From an uncultured Clostridium sp. (GTDB taxonomy: Bacteria > Bacillota_I > Bacilli_A > RF39 > UBA660), in assembly GCA_902493795.1 (NCBI GenBank), contig CABUQZ010000009.1, forward strand, positions 3,329-67,328: DNA of 64,000 nucleotides, written 5' to 3'. Each line of letters opens with the position of its first letter. The first letter of the stretch is position 1. Of this stretch, positions 1 through 8,645 are shown piece by piece. A program made the position numbers and the translations under genes. The notes under the pieces were generated by a model. It made no database searches and was not told the DNA's origin. It saw only the letters and a program-made list of their open reading frames with translations.

Positions 1-2654
1 TAAAAATAGATCATACAAAACCTACTTGTACGCTTAAGAAAACAGGTACAATGGGAAAAAACAATTGGTATGTGAGTGATGTTACAGTCTCATTTGATGT
101 AAATAATGACTTAGTACCATCAAATGGAGACCATAATGCAATAAGTCAGGTAAAAATAAGTAATATAACTAAGATGCCTGGTAACTTGTTAAGAACATCA
201 TCAAATAATAATATAGTTCATAGCGTTGATATAGCTAATGTAGAATACCGTGGATATGTTGAAGATAAAGCAGGAAACTTCTATGTATGTCAAACTAATT
301 TTAAGAAAGATGATACTAATCCAGTATGTCGTATTGATTTATCAGGTACAGTTGGAGAAAATGATTGGTATACATCTAATGTAGGAGTGTCTTTTGGTAG
401 TCATACAGATAATTTGAGTGGAGTAGCAAAATATGGAATAGGAAGCGTTGATGGTAGTAAAACGATAAATCATACAAGAGATACTGCTGGTGTAACATAT
501 ACAGGACATATAATAGATAATGCTGGAAATACTGCAACATGCTCTAATACATTCAAAAAAGATGCTACAAATCCTTCATGTACTATTAGACTTACTGGAA
601 CAATAGGAGATAACGATTGGTACACAACAAATGTAGGGGTATCTTTTGGTAGTCATACAGATAACTTAAGTGGAGTAGCACAATACGGAATAGGAACATT
701 ATCAGGAAATAAATCATTAACTCACACAGCAGACACCACAAGTCAAAGTTATACAGGACACATAAAAGATAATGCTGGAAATACATCATCATGTACTGCA
801 ACATTCAAAAAAGATGCAACTCCTCCAGTTTGTACAGTAACAGGTGCTGCAGATTTAAGATGTACAGATAGTAATGGAGTAGTAAGTTATTATTGGGGAA
901 CAAATGGAAATGCAGCGAGAAGTTCGTTTACTACTATAACAACAACTAAAGATTTTAAAAGGACAGACAAACCTAATGTAGCAGGTACATATTATATAAA
1001 GGCATATGATGTAGCAGGAAACAGGTCAAGTGGAGCAAGTGCAACTTATACAGCTGTCACCCCACCAACAGGAGCAAGCAACTGTAATTCATTAACTTAT
1101 AATGGAAGTAGTCAAACACTTGCTAGACCAGTAACTGGATACTCCTACAGGAACAACTCAGGAACAGATGCAAATATTTATACAGTAACAGCAGTATTAG
1201 ATCCACGATATGTATGGTCAAACAAAACATTAAGCGACAAATCATTTAGTTGTAGCATATCAAAAAAGAATTTAAATGTTAGTGCTGACAATAAATCAAA
1301 GACATACTTGGAAAATAATCCAACTTTAACACATTCATATAGAGATAATGTAAGTGGTGAAACACCAGGATTTACTGGAGCTTTAACAACAACAGCTACA
1401 AAGAATAGTGATGTTGGAAGATATCCAATTAAACAAGGAACTTTAAAAATTGTAGATAATGGAATATTCAAGGTTTCAAATTATAACTATGTGTTTACAG
1501 AAGGAACATTAACAATAAACAAAAGAACTCCTGTTATGGAATGCAATGTGACTCCTGGATTAATATATAATGGAAGTTCTCAAACACTAGGAACTGCAAC
1601 ATCTGATGGTCCTGGAAGAATTACATATTCAAATGAAAAAAGAACAGATGCAGGAAGTCAAACTTATACAGCAACAGTTGCAGAAACAAGTAACTATACA
1701 AGTAATAGTATAGAGTGTACTGGTTCTATTGCGAAAAAAGATGCAACCATAACATGTAGATCAAATTCAGAAACATATACAGGAAGTACAATATCATTAG
1801 GAAATGCAACTGTAGATAGTAATGGAAGTATTTCTTATTCAAGCAATAGACAAACTTATGTAGGAACATATGAATATACAGTAAATGCAGCAGAAACACC
1901 TAACTACAATTCTGCAACAAAGAAATGTAGTGCAACAATTAGTTGTGCATCAGGATACACTGCAGAATCAGGATCAAATAGCAGATGTTATAAAACTTTA
2001 ACAGGAACAATAAATGCAAATGGTGGAAGCTATTCTGGTGCAACACCTACTTGCAATAAGTATTATGAAGATTCATCATGTTCATTAACATTCCCAACTA
2101 CTGAACCAACAAGAACAGGATATACGTTTAAAGGATGGTCAACATCAAGTACTGCTAGTAGTGGAACAGCTGCAGGTGGTTCAGTAAGTATAACAGGAGA
2201 TACAACATTTTATGCTACTTGGAAAGTAAATTGTAAAGATGGATACACATATCAATCTGATGGCACTTGTAAGAAAACTTATACTGCCACTTCAGAAAGC
2301 TATTGTACTGGTGGAAGTTGGTCAAAGAGTGATACATTCAGTTCTAAGAATAGTTGTAGTAGTACTTCAAAACCATCTGATCCAAAAGAAGGAGATAAAT
2401 ATATAGATTGTGCTTATCCAGTTTATAAAGCATATTGTAAAGGAGAGACAAGTAGTGCTGTTAGTGGAAGAACATATTCTTACGACAAAACTAAAATATG
2501 TAATAAATATTGTAGTGGTAAAACTTGTACAACAATACAAGGATATGGGCATAGAGTATATACATATTCATGTTCTAGTTGGGGAACACGTTACAAATGC
2601 CCTGATGGTGGAACATTAGATGGATCAACATGTATATTAATAGAATATCCATAG
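1..2654 (+). CDS. Giant secreted/surface repeat protein, 5'-truncated by the window edge; paralogue of the 3944..7042 product
   Basis: The frame of the 51..2654 ORF stays open back to nt 3. It reads KIDHTKPTCTLKKTGT, which matches residues about 347 onward (RIDNTKPTCTLKKTGT) of the downstream paralogue, so the ATG at 51 is internal. Contents: Cys-bracketed modules of about 84 aa with a DNAGN motif; MBG-like segments (LTYNGSSQTL..., NYNYVFTEGTLTINK); a Listeria-Bacteroides-type repeat (TGYTFKGWSTS...FYATWK); and a Cys-rich C-terminus. Confidence 0.8.
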   Translation, partial: KIDHTKPTCTLKKTGTMGKNNWYVSDVTVSFDVNNDLVPSNGDHNAISQVKISNITKMPGNLLRTSSNNNIVHSVDIANVEYRGYVEDKAGNFYVCQTNFKKDDTNPVCRIDLSGTVGENDWYTSNVGVSFGSHTDNLSGVAKYGIGSVDGSKTINHTRDTAGVTYTGHIIDNAGNTATCSNTFKKDATNPSCTIRLTGTIGDNDWYTTNVGVSFGSHTDNLSGVAQYGIGTLSGNKSLTHTADTTSQSYTGHIKDNAGNTSSCTATFKKDATPPVCTVTGAADLRCTDSNGVVSYYWGTNGNAARSSFTTITTTKDFKRTDKPNVAGTYYIKAYDVAGNRSSGASATYTAVTPPTGASNCNSLTYNGSSQTLARPVTGYSYRNNSGTDANIYTVTAVLDPRYVWSNKTLSDKSFSCSISKKNLNVSADNKSKTYLENNPTLTHSYRDNVSGETPGFTGALTTTATKNSDVGRYPIKQGTLKIVDNGIFKVSNYNYVFTEGTLTINKRTPVMECNVTPGLIYNGSSQTLGTATSDGPGRITYSNEKRTDAGSQTYTATVAETSNYTSNSIECTGSIAKKDATITCRSNSETYTGSTISLGNATVDSNGSISYSSNRQTYVGTYEYTVNAAETPNYNSATKKCSATISCASGYTAESGSNSRCYKTLTGTINANGGSYSGATPTCNKYYEDSSCSLTFPTTEPTRTGYTFKGWSTSSTASSGTAAGGSVSITGDTTFYATWKVNCKDGYTYQSDGTCKKTYTATSESYCTGGSWSKSDTFSSKNSCSSTSKPSDPKEGDKYIDCAYPVYKAYCKGETSSAVSGRTYSYDKTKICNKYCSGKTCTTIQGYGHRVYTYSCSSWGTRYKCPDGGTLDGSTCILIEYP

Positions 2655-2687
2655 AATAGAAAATAAAATAATTGGGGTGAACATTAT

Positions 2688-3770
2688 ATGAAAAAAAATA
2701 AATCACTTTTATTAATTATTACAGGATTAATATTTATAGGTATTGCTACTTTCTTCTTTATAAATGAAGAAAGTAGCGAGAATCCTACTAAAAAGCAAGA
2801 ATCTACAGGAAAAGAAGAAAAAAAAATAGAAGTAGAATTCGGTTCTGCTAATGGTGAAGAAATAGACATATCTTCTTATCCAAAAACAAAACTAAAAGAA
2901 ACAGGACGAGATTATTTAAATGGACGTAACCTTAAAGAAAAAAATAAAATAGAATATCCGTTGTTTATAGATAATAAAGGTTTATTTGATTCTTACTATC
3001 AAAAATTTTATATTTCACAAACTAAAGAAATGACAATATCATCAAATATTTCAAGTTATCCAACCCTTGATACTGCAATTAAATATTTTGAAGAAGAAAA
3101 TTTTGACCAAGAGTTATATACAAAATATAATTATTCAGTATCTAAAAACAAAGAAATTATTGATGAAAAACAATTTGTATACATTTTAAGTAATGCCATT
3201 GAAAAGAATAATGATTTCTATCAATTTTTAGATATAATTATTGAACTAGATGACTCTGATTATTTTCAATTAACATATTCATTAAAGAATAAGGTTTTTG
3301 ATGAAAAAGACATAAAATATATAATTAATAACATAAATATAGTAAAAAATGCCGCAAATTATCTTTTATTTGAAGGAAAAGATTCAAAAGGTTACTTTAC
3401 ATTCTTGAATAATGAAAATGAATTAAATAAACTATATTTAGATATAAATAAAGACAAATATAAAGAAATAGAAGATTCAAAAAATAATTTAGATAAAACT
3501 AACTTTGAATATTTAACAAATAATGAAAAAATATTTGTTAGCATAGAACATGAATATGAAGAAAATATAATAGATAGTTTAGTTATAAAATATAAATTTG
3601 ATAGTTATATAAAAAGTGAAAAAGATTATAATGGTAAAAAAATAATTATTTTAACCAAAAATAAGGAACATATTTATTATACAGAAATTGATAATAAAAT
3701 ATATTATATGGTAAAAACTAATTTATTATTTGAAGATATAAATGATTTATTTGATTACAATATAAAATAA
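2688..3770 (+). CDS. Hypothetical membrane-anchored protein (single N-terminal TM, Lys/Glu/Asn-rich ectodomain)
   Basis: GGGGTGA RBS lies 7 nt upstream. N-terminus KKNKSLLLIITGLIFIGIATFFFI looks like a signal anchor. Sits between the two giant paralogues. No recognisable motifs. Confidence 0.6.
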   Translation: MKKNKSLLLIITGLIFIGIATFFFINEESSENPTKKQESTGKEEKKIEVEFGSANGEEIDISSYPKTKLKETGRDYLNGRNLKEKNKIEYPLFIDNKGLFDSYYQKFYISQTKEMTISSNISSYPTLDTAIKYFEEENFDQELYTKYNYSVSKNKEIIDEKQFVYILSNAIEKNNDFYQFLDIIIELDDSDYFQLTYSLKNKVFDEKDIKYIINNINIVKNAANYLLFEGKDSKGYFTFLNNENELNKLYLDINKDKYKEIEDSKNNLDKTNFEYLTNNEKIFVSIEHEYEENIIDSLVIKYKFDSYIKSEKDYNGKKIIILTKNKEHIYYTEIDNKIYYMVKTNLLFEDINDLFDYNIK

Positions 3771-3862
3771 AGAAAGAAAAATAATTATATACTATTTTAT
3801 CTTTTGCAGCAAAAATTATACTTCTGTGATAAATAATGTAAAATATGTAAAATAATGTAAAA

Positions 3863-3895
3863 AAGAAAGAAATTATGTAAATCTTTCTTTTTTTC
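3863..3895 (+). terminator. Rho-independent terminator
   Basis: Perfect 8-bp stem aagaaaga/tctttctt with an 11-nt loop, followed by a T-run. Confidence 0.6.
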
Positions 3896-3943
3896 AATAC
3901 TTTTCTTTTTTTTTATGATACACTCCAATCAATAGGTGAGAAT

Positions 3944-6900
3944 ATGAAAAATAAAAAAGGTTTTACTTTAATCGAAATGATTGGTGTAGTAATTATTATT
4001 GGTATCATTGCAATAATTGCCTTTAATACTTTTACTGGTAATTTAAAAGAGTTTAGAGATGATTATTATACTGATTTAGAAAGAACTTTGGCTGAATCAG
4101 GAAAAGAATTTTTTAACGACAACAGAAGGTTTAGACCAGATTCAGTCTTTTCTGCACAAAAAGTAACATTAGATGTACTTGTTGCTAAAAATTATATTAG
4201 TGAAGTAGAAGATTACGATGGAAATTCCTGCAGAAATGATAGTTATGTAATAATAATAAAAGAAGGAAAAGATGATTATACATATCATTCTTGTTTAGTG
4301 TGTTCTGAAGATAATTTTGATAACACTGATGATTCGCTATGTGACCCATCGTGGTTTGATCCAAGCACAATTTCTTATGGACTAGGAACACTTCCAACAT
4401 TATATATCTATAAAGGAACATCAAGAGACAAGTTAAGAGAACAACTTACGCTTCCTATTTCAATCATAAAAAAGGATGCAAGTGGCAATATCTTAAAAGA
4501 GATAAGAGGAGATGGCATTGATGACGTTCCAACGATACTTCCAAAAAACATAGATGTTGTGGATCCAAATAAAGTTGGAACATACAAAGTTGAATATGAA
4601 TATATAGATGCAGCAAACGAAAAACAACAAAAAACAACGAATGTTATAGTATATGAAAATGATGCCCCAAGAACAAACATTACATATGAAAATATAGTAG
4701 CTAGAGATTTAGATGGAAATCCATCAATTGAAAGTGGTACATACTTATCAGGAAAATGGGTACAAAAAATAACATTAAACTTAACAGCTAATGCATTAAC
4801 TGATCCAGAATCTAAAGTTGTTAAATATCAATGGAATAAAAATGGTAAATGGCAAGATATATGTACTGAAGTGAGAAGTAATGGTTCATGTACAAGAGAA
4901 ATAACAACTGAGATGAATGAAGAAATAAGTTTTAGAACAATAGATTCTAAAGGAAACATAGGTATTGTAACAAGCCCAATAGTAATAAGAATAGATAATA
5001 CAAAACCTACTTGTACGCTAAAGAAAACAGGTACAATAAAAGATAATGGTTGGTATGTAAGTGATGTTACAGTATCATTTGATATAAAAAATGATTTAGT
5101 TCCATCAAACGGAAATCATAATGCTATAAGTCAAGTAAAAATAAGTAATATCACTAGTATGCCAGGAAATATATCAAGAACATCATCAAATGATAATAAA
5201 GTACATAGCGACGATACAGATAATGTAGAATATCGTGGATATGTTGAAGATAAAGCAGGAAACTTCTATGTTTGTAAAACAACACTAAAGAAGGATGGAA
5301 CAGCGCCATCTTGTAGCATTAATCTTTCGGGTACAAAAGGAGATAATGACTGGTATACAACAAACGTAGATGTGTCATTTAAAACTCATTCAGATAACTT
5401 AAGTGGAGTAGCAAAATATGGAATAGGTAGTTACGACGGAAATAGAAATATTACTCATAAAGCAGATACATCAAGTGTAACATACACTGGATACATAAAA
5501 GATAATGCAGGAAACACAGCAACATGCTCAAATTCATTTAAAAAAGATGGAACAGCGCCATCTTGTAGCATTAGTCTTTCAGGTACAAAAGGGGATAATG
5601 ACTGGTATACAACAAACGTAGATGTATCATTTAGAAGTAATACAGATAACTTAAGTGGAGTAGCAAAATATGGAATAGGTAGTTACGACGGAAACAGAAG
5701 TACTACTCATACAGCAGATACATCAAGTGTAACATACACTGGATATATAAAAGATAATGCAGGAAACACAGCAACATGTTCAAATTCATTTAAAAAAGAT
5801 GGAACAGCGCCATCTTGTAGCATTAATCTTTCAGGTACAAAAGGGGATAATGACTGGTATACAACAAATGTAGATGTGTCATTTAAAACTCATTCAGATA
5901 ACTTAAGTGGAGTAGCAAAATATGGAATAGGTAGCTACGACGGAAACAGAAATACTACTCATACAGCAGATACATCAAGTGTAACATACACCGGATACAT
6001 AAAAGATAAAGCAGGAAACACAGCAACATGCTCAGATTCATTTAAAAAAGATGGAACTAAACCTTCATGTGGAAATTGGAGTGGTGAAAGTACTTCGTGG
6101 ACAAAAGAAAATAGAGAAATAAGTGTAGGATGTAGCGATTCCACAAGCACTTGTGATAAATCTAAATATAGTACTACAATAAGTAGTGGAACAACATCAA
6201 CAAAAAGTATTTCATTTGAAATCAAAGATAAAGCAGGAAACAAAGAAACATGTAGAAAAACAGCAAATGTATACGTAGATAAAGAAGCTCCAACATGTAC
6301 TACTTCAAAATCAAATGAAGGAACAACAAGTGGAGTTAACGTATCAATATCTTGCAATAATGTCGGAAATGGATCAAATGTAACATGCCCATCAAGTGAG
6401 AATGGAGTAAAAAGTAGTAAAACATATACAGTTAGAGATGCAGCAGGAAATACAAGCACTTGTAATGTTTCAGTAACACCACAATCTCAAAAAAGAACAA
6501 ATACTTGTTCAACAGGTAAAAGATGTTCAAGTGCAAGTTGTGAAACATATACTGAATGTAAAACTTCAGCCTGTGGTGTTAATAAATACAAATCATGTAA
6601 AAATTCAGCTTGTGGTACAGAAAAATGTAATTGTTCAAGTTGCTATACTACAAAGAACACTTGTGTGGGAGGATACGTTGATAAAATAATATACGACACA
6701 GGTGATAGTTTCACTAGCCAAGATTGTTATAATAAGCAAGGTGTAGTTGATAGCAGTGGAAGAAGATGTATAAAGAGTGAATGGAATAGCTGTAAAACAG
6801 GATCACCTAATGAATGTGTATATGGATGTGGAACTTGCAATAAAACTTGTAGAACAGAAGCCTGTGGAATAGAATCCTATAATTCTTGTAGAACGTCAGC

Positions 6901-7042
6901 TTGTGGATGTGAAACATATTCTCGAGATATAAATAAATGTGGATGTGAAACATGGAAAGGATGGACAGGATGGAGCAACGCAAATTGTACCCCATCATCA
7001 TCAAATTCATCACAAACTGAATGTAGAACAGTTTACAATTAA
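3944..7042 (+). CDS. Giant modular type IV pilin-like (class III signal peptide) protein with tandem Cys-bracketed Ig/HYR-like modules and a Cys-rich C-terminal region
   Basis: N-terminus MKNKKGFTLIEMIGVVIIIGIIAIIAF has the prepilin motif K-G|F-T-L-I-E followed by a hydrophobic helix. GGTGAG RBS upstream. At least 6 modules end in D(N/K)AGN..(T/S)C...KKDG. The last roughly 190 aa carry many Cys, including repeated (K/R)(T/N)(S/E)ACG motifs. Confidence 0.85.
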   Translation: MKNKKGFTLIEMIGVVIIIGIIAIIAFNTFTGNLKEFRDDYYTDLERTLAESGKEFFNDNRRFRPDSVFSAQKVTLDVLVAKNYISEVEDYDGNSCRNDSYVIIIKEGKDDYTYHSCLVCSEDNFDNTDDSLCDPSWFDPSTISYGLGTLPTLYIYKGTSRDKLREQLTLPISIIKKDASGNILKEIRGDGIDDVPTILPKNIDVVDPNKVGTYKVEYEYIDAANEKQQKTTNVIVYENDAPRTNITYENIVARDLDGNPSIESGTYLSGKWVQKITLNLTANALTDPESKVVKYQWNKNGKWQDICTEVRSNGSCTREITTEMNEEISFRTIDSKGNIGIVTSPIVIRIDNTKPTCTLKKTGTIKDNGWYVSDVTVSFDIKNDLVPSNGNHNAISQVKISNITSMPGNISRTSSNDNKVHSDDTDNVEYRGYVEDKAGNFYVCKTTLKKDGTAPSCSINLSGTKGDNDWYTTNVDVSFKTHSDNLSGVAKYGIGSYDGNRNITHKADTSSVTYTGYIKDNAGNTATCSNSFKKDGTAPSCSISLSGTKGDNDWYTTNVDVSFRSNTDNLSGVAKYGIGSYDGNRSTTHTADTSSVTYTGYIKDNAGNTATCSNSFKKDGTAPSCSINLSGTKGDNDWYTTNVDVSFKTHSDNLSGVAKYGIGSYDGNRNTTHTADTSSVTYTGYIKDKAGNTATCSDSFKKDGTKPSCGNWSGESTSWTKENREISVGCSDSTSTCDKSKYSTTISSGTTSTKSISFEIKDKAGNKETCRKTANVYVDKEAPTCTTSKSNEGTTSGVNVSISCNNVGNGSNVTCPSSENGVKSSKTYTVRDAAGNTSTCNVSVTPQSQKRTNTCSTGKRCSSASCETYTECKTSACGVNKYKSCKNSACGTEKCNCSSCYTTKNTCVGGYVDKIIYDTGDSFTSQDCYNKQGVVDSSGRRCIKSEWNSCKTGSPNECVYGCGTCNKTCRTEACGIESYNSCRTSACGCETYSRDINKCGCETWKGWTGWSNANCTPSSSNSSQTECRTVYN
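5301..6056 (+). repeat. Three near-identical in-frame 252-bp (84-aa) tandem repeats inside the pilin-like gene
   Basis: The string cagcgccatcttgtagcatta recurs at 5301, 5553 and 5805 (period 252). Units encode TAPSCSI(N/S)LSGTKGDNDWYTTNVDVSF...YIKD(N/K)AGNTATCS(N/D)SFKKDG. Confidence 0.95.
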
Positions 7043-7070
7043 AAATTGATAATATATTTTAAAACAGAAA

Positions 7071-7102
7071 GGGTAAACAAAAAAATATGTTTACCTTTTT
7101 TT
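7071..7102 (+). terminator. Rho-independent terminator of the pilin-like gene
   Basis: Stem gggtaaaca ... tgtttacc followed by ttttttt. Confidence 0.75.
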
Positions 7103-7134
7103 GCATTTTAGCTTGTCAACTTTATTTCTACTCA

Positions 7135-7163
7135 TTGCAAATAAAACAAAATTATGCTATAAT
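7135..7163 (+). promoter_or_regulatory. Sigma-A-type promoter (TTGCAA-17-TATAAT with extended -10 TGc)
   Basis: ttgcaa at 7135-7140, 17-nt spacer, tgc-tataat at 7155-7163. Precedes a leader of about 100 nt to the small CDS at 7266. Confidence 0.65.
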
Positions 7164-7265
7164 TCGTTAGTAGTAGTGAATACTGGATTAGTATTTAATT
7201 AATCTCTTCGTCATGAAAAGTTAACTAAAGAAGTCCAAATATTATACTAAGAAGGAGAGATTAAA

Positions 7266-7439
7266 GTGGCAGAAACAGAATACAAAGACAAAACAATAAA
7301 ATGTGTTGATTGTGGAACTGAATTCGTTTTCACAGCTGGTGAACAAGCTTTCTATGCTGAAAAAGGTTTAACAAATGAACCAAAAAGATGTAAACCATGC
7401 CGTGATAAAAGAAAAGAAGAAAAAAACAATAATAAGTAG
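7266..7439 (+). CDS. Small zinc-ribbon protein (57 aa, CxxC...CxxC), GTG start; absent from the ORF track
   Basis: GAAGGAGAGA RBS ends 5 nt before the GTG. Translation: VAETEYKDKTIKCVDCGTEFVFTAGEQAFYAEKGLTNEPKRCKPCRDKRKEEKNNNK. This pattern (CxxCg.eF.f...EQ.FY.ekG...P.rC..Cr) is typical of the widespread 'probable zinc-ribbon domain' small proteins. Confidence 0.75.
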   Translation: MAETEYKDKTIKCVDCGTEFVFTAGEQAFYAEKGLTNEPKRCKPCRDKRKEEKNNNK

Positions 7440-7492
7440 TTTTTTCGACAAAAATTACTCTTCGTGTTTGTTACCATTAATTTGGTGATAAC

Positions 7493-7924
7493 ATGAAGGG
7501 TAATTTTTTTGCTTATGTATTAATTGCAATAATTCTAGGGTTTATCTCTGCAGAAGTTATATATGATGATTATAAAGATGGACTAGATGATAACAAATAT
7601 AACGCTTACTTAGTACAAATAGGAAGTTTTAAAGACGATGATGAAATAGATCCAGGTAACTATTTAGTTTTAGAAGAAGATGGAACATATAATGTCTATG
7701 CAGGAATAACAACAAAACTTTCTAATGCAACAAAAATAAAGAACATGTATGAAAGTGAAAATGTAAACACATATATAAAACCTATTGTTATTGATAACGT
7801 TGAATTTATGAGTAATCTAGAACAATTTGATATTTTACTAGAAGAAGTTGATTCTAAAGATAATTTAATTTCTATAAATGATGTCATAATATCTGAATAT
7901 GAACAAACTGTATTAGGAAAATAA
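7493..7924 (+). CDS. Membrane-anchored protein with a possible SPOR-like domain
   Basis: N-terminal TM FFAYVLIAIILGFISA. YNAYLVQIGSFKDDDE and GTYNVYAGITTKLSNATKIKNMY resemble the SPOR repeat pattern (y.vQvGsF / y.V.aG.f.s...A). Weak call. Confidence 0.45.
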   Translation: MKGNFFAYVLIAIILGFISAEVIYDDYKDGLDDNKYNAYLVQIGSFKDDDEIDPGNYLVLEEDGTYNVYAGITTKLSNATKIKNMYESENVNTYIKPIVIDNVEFMSNLEQFDILLEEVDSKDNLISINDVIISEYEQTVLGK

Positions 7925-7957
7925 AAAATTATAGATAATAATATCATTGGTGATATT

Positions 7958-8641
7958 ATGAAAATAAAAGAACTTCCAAAAGAAGAAAGACCTCGTGAAA
8001 GATTAATAAATTATGGAGTTAAAAATTTATCAAATGAAGAACTGCTATCTATTATTTTAAGATGTGGGACTAAAAAGGAATCAGTAAAAGATCTAGCAAT
8101 TAACATAATAAACGAATTTAAAACTATCTCTAATTTAAAAAATGCAACTATAAACAAACTGCAAGAAATAGATGGTATGGGTTTATCGAAAGCCTCAGTT
8201 ATTTTAGCATCGATAGAGCTAGGAAAAAGAGTATACTTTCAAGAAAATTCTAGTAAACTAGTATTAAATAGTCCAGATAAAATATATGAAAATACTAAAT
8301 ATTTATTTACAAATAAAAAACAAGAATTGTTTTACTGTCTTTATTTCAATAATAAACAACAACTAATTGGAAAAGAATTATTATTTATTGGAACGGTAAA
8401 TAAAAGTATAACTCATCCAAGAGAAATTTTTAAATATGCTTATTTGTATTCTGCTACAAGTATTGTTTGCCTACATAATCATCCATCAGGTGATGTTGCT
8501 CCTTCAAAAGAAGATATGTTTTTTACAGATTCGTTAGTAAATATAGGATTAGTTCAAAAAATACCAATATTAGATCACATTATTGTAAGTGATAATAACT
8601 ATTATAGTTTTCGAGAAAATGGGAAAATTATAAATAGGTGA
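7958..8641 (+). CDS. radC: RadC/JAB-domain protein
   Basis: N-terminal HhH region (ELPKEERPRERL..., LSNEELLSIILR). JAMM motif HNHPSGDVAPSKED. Positioned directly upstream of mreC as in Bacillus. Confidence 0.9.
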   Translation: MKIKELPKEERPRERLINYGVKNLSNEELLSIILRCGTKKESVKDLAINIINEFKTISNLKNATINKLQEIDGMGLSKASVILASIELGKRVYFQENSSKLVLNSPDKIYENTKYLFTNKKQELFYCLYFNNKQQLIGKELLFIGTVNKSITHPREIFKYAYLYSATSIVCLHNHPSGDVAPSKEDMFFTDSLVNIGLVQKIPILDHIIVSDNNYYSFRENGKIINR

Positions 8642-8645
8642 TTTT

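Noticed and set aside
5301-6056. Whether the regular repeats here and at 44672..44821 could be CRISPR arrays
   Set aside because: Both are in-frame coding repeats inside long ORFs, with no unique spacers. The 252-bp units abut directly and the 15-bp units are contiguous. No cas genes are present.
5959-6459. 166-aa antisense ORF inside the pilin-like gene, plus similar track ORFs at 592..804, 1178..1471, 2367..2552, 2410..2619, 4197..4680 and 6807..7013
   Set aside because: These are fully embedded in, or antisense to, long ORFs with clear repeat and domain structure. Their translations are low-complexity Leu/Phe/Val strings, they have no RBS, and they are best explained as shadow frames of a repetitive gene.
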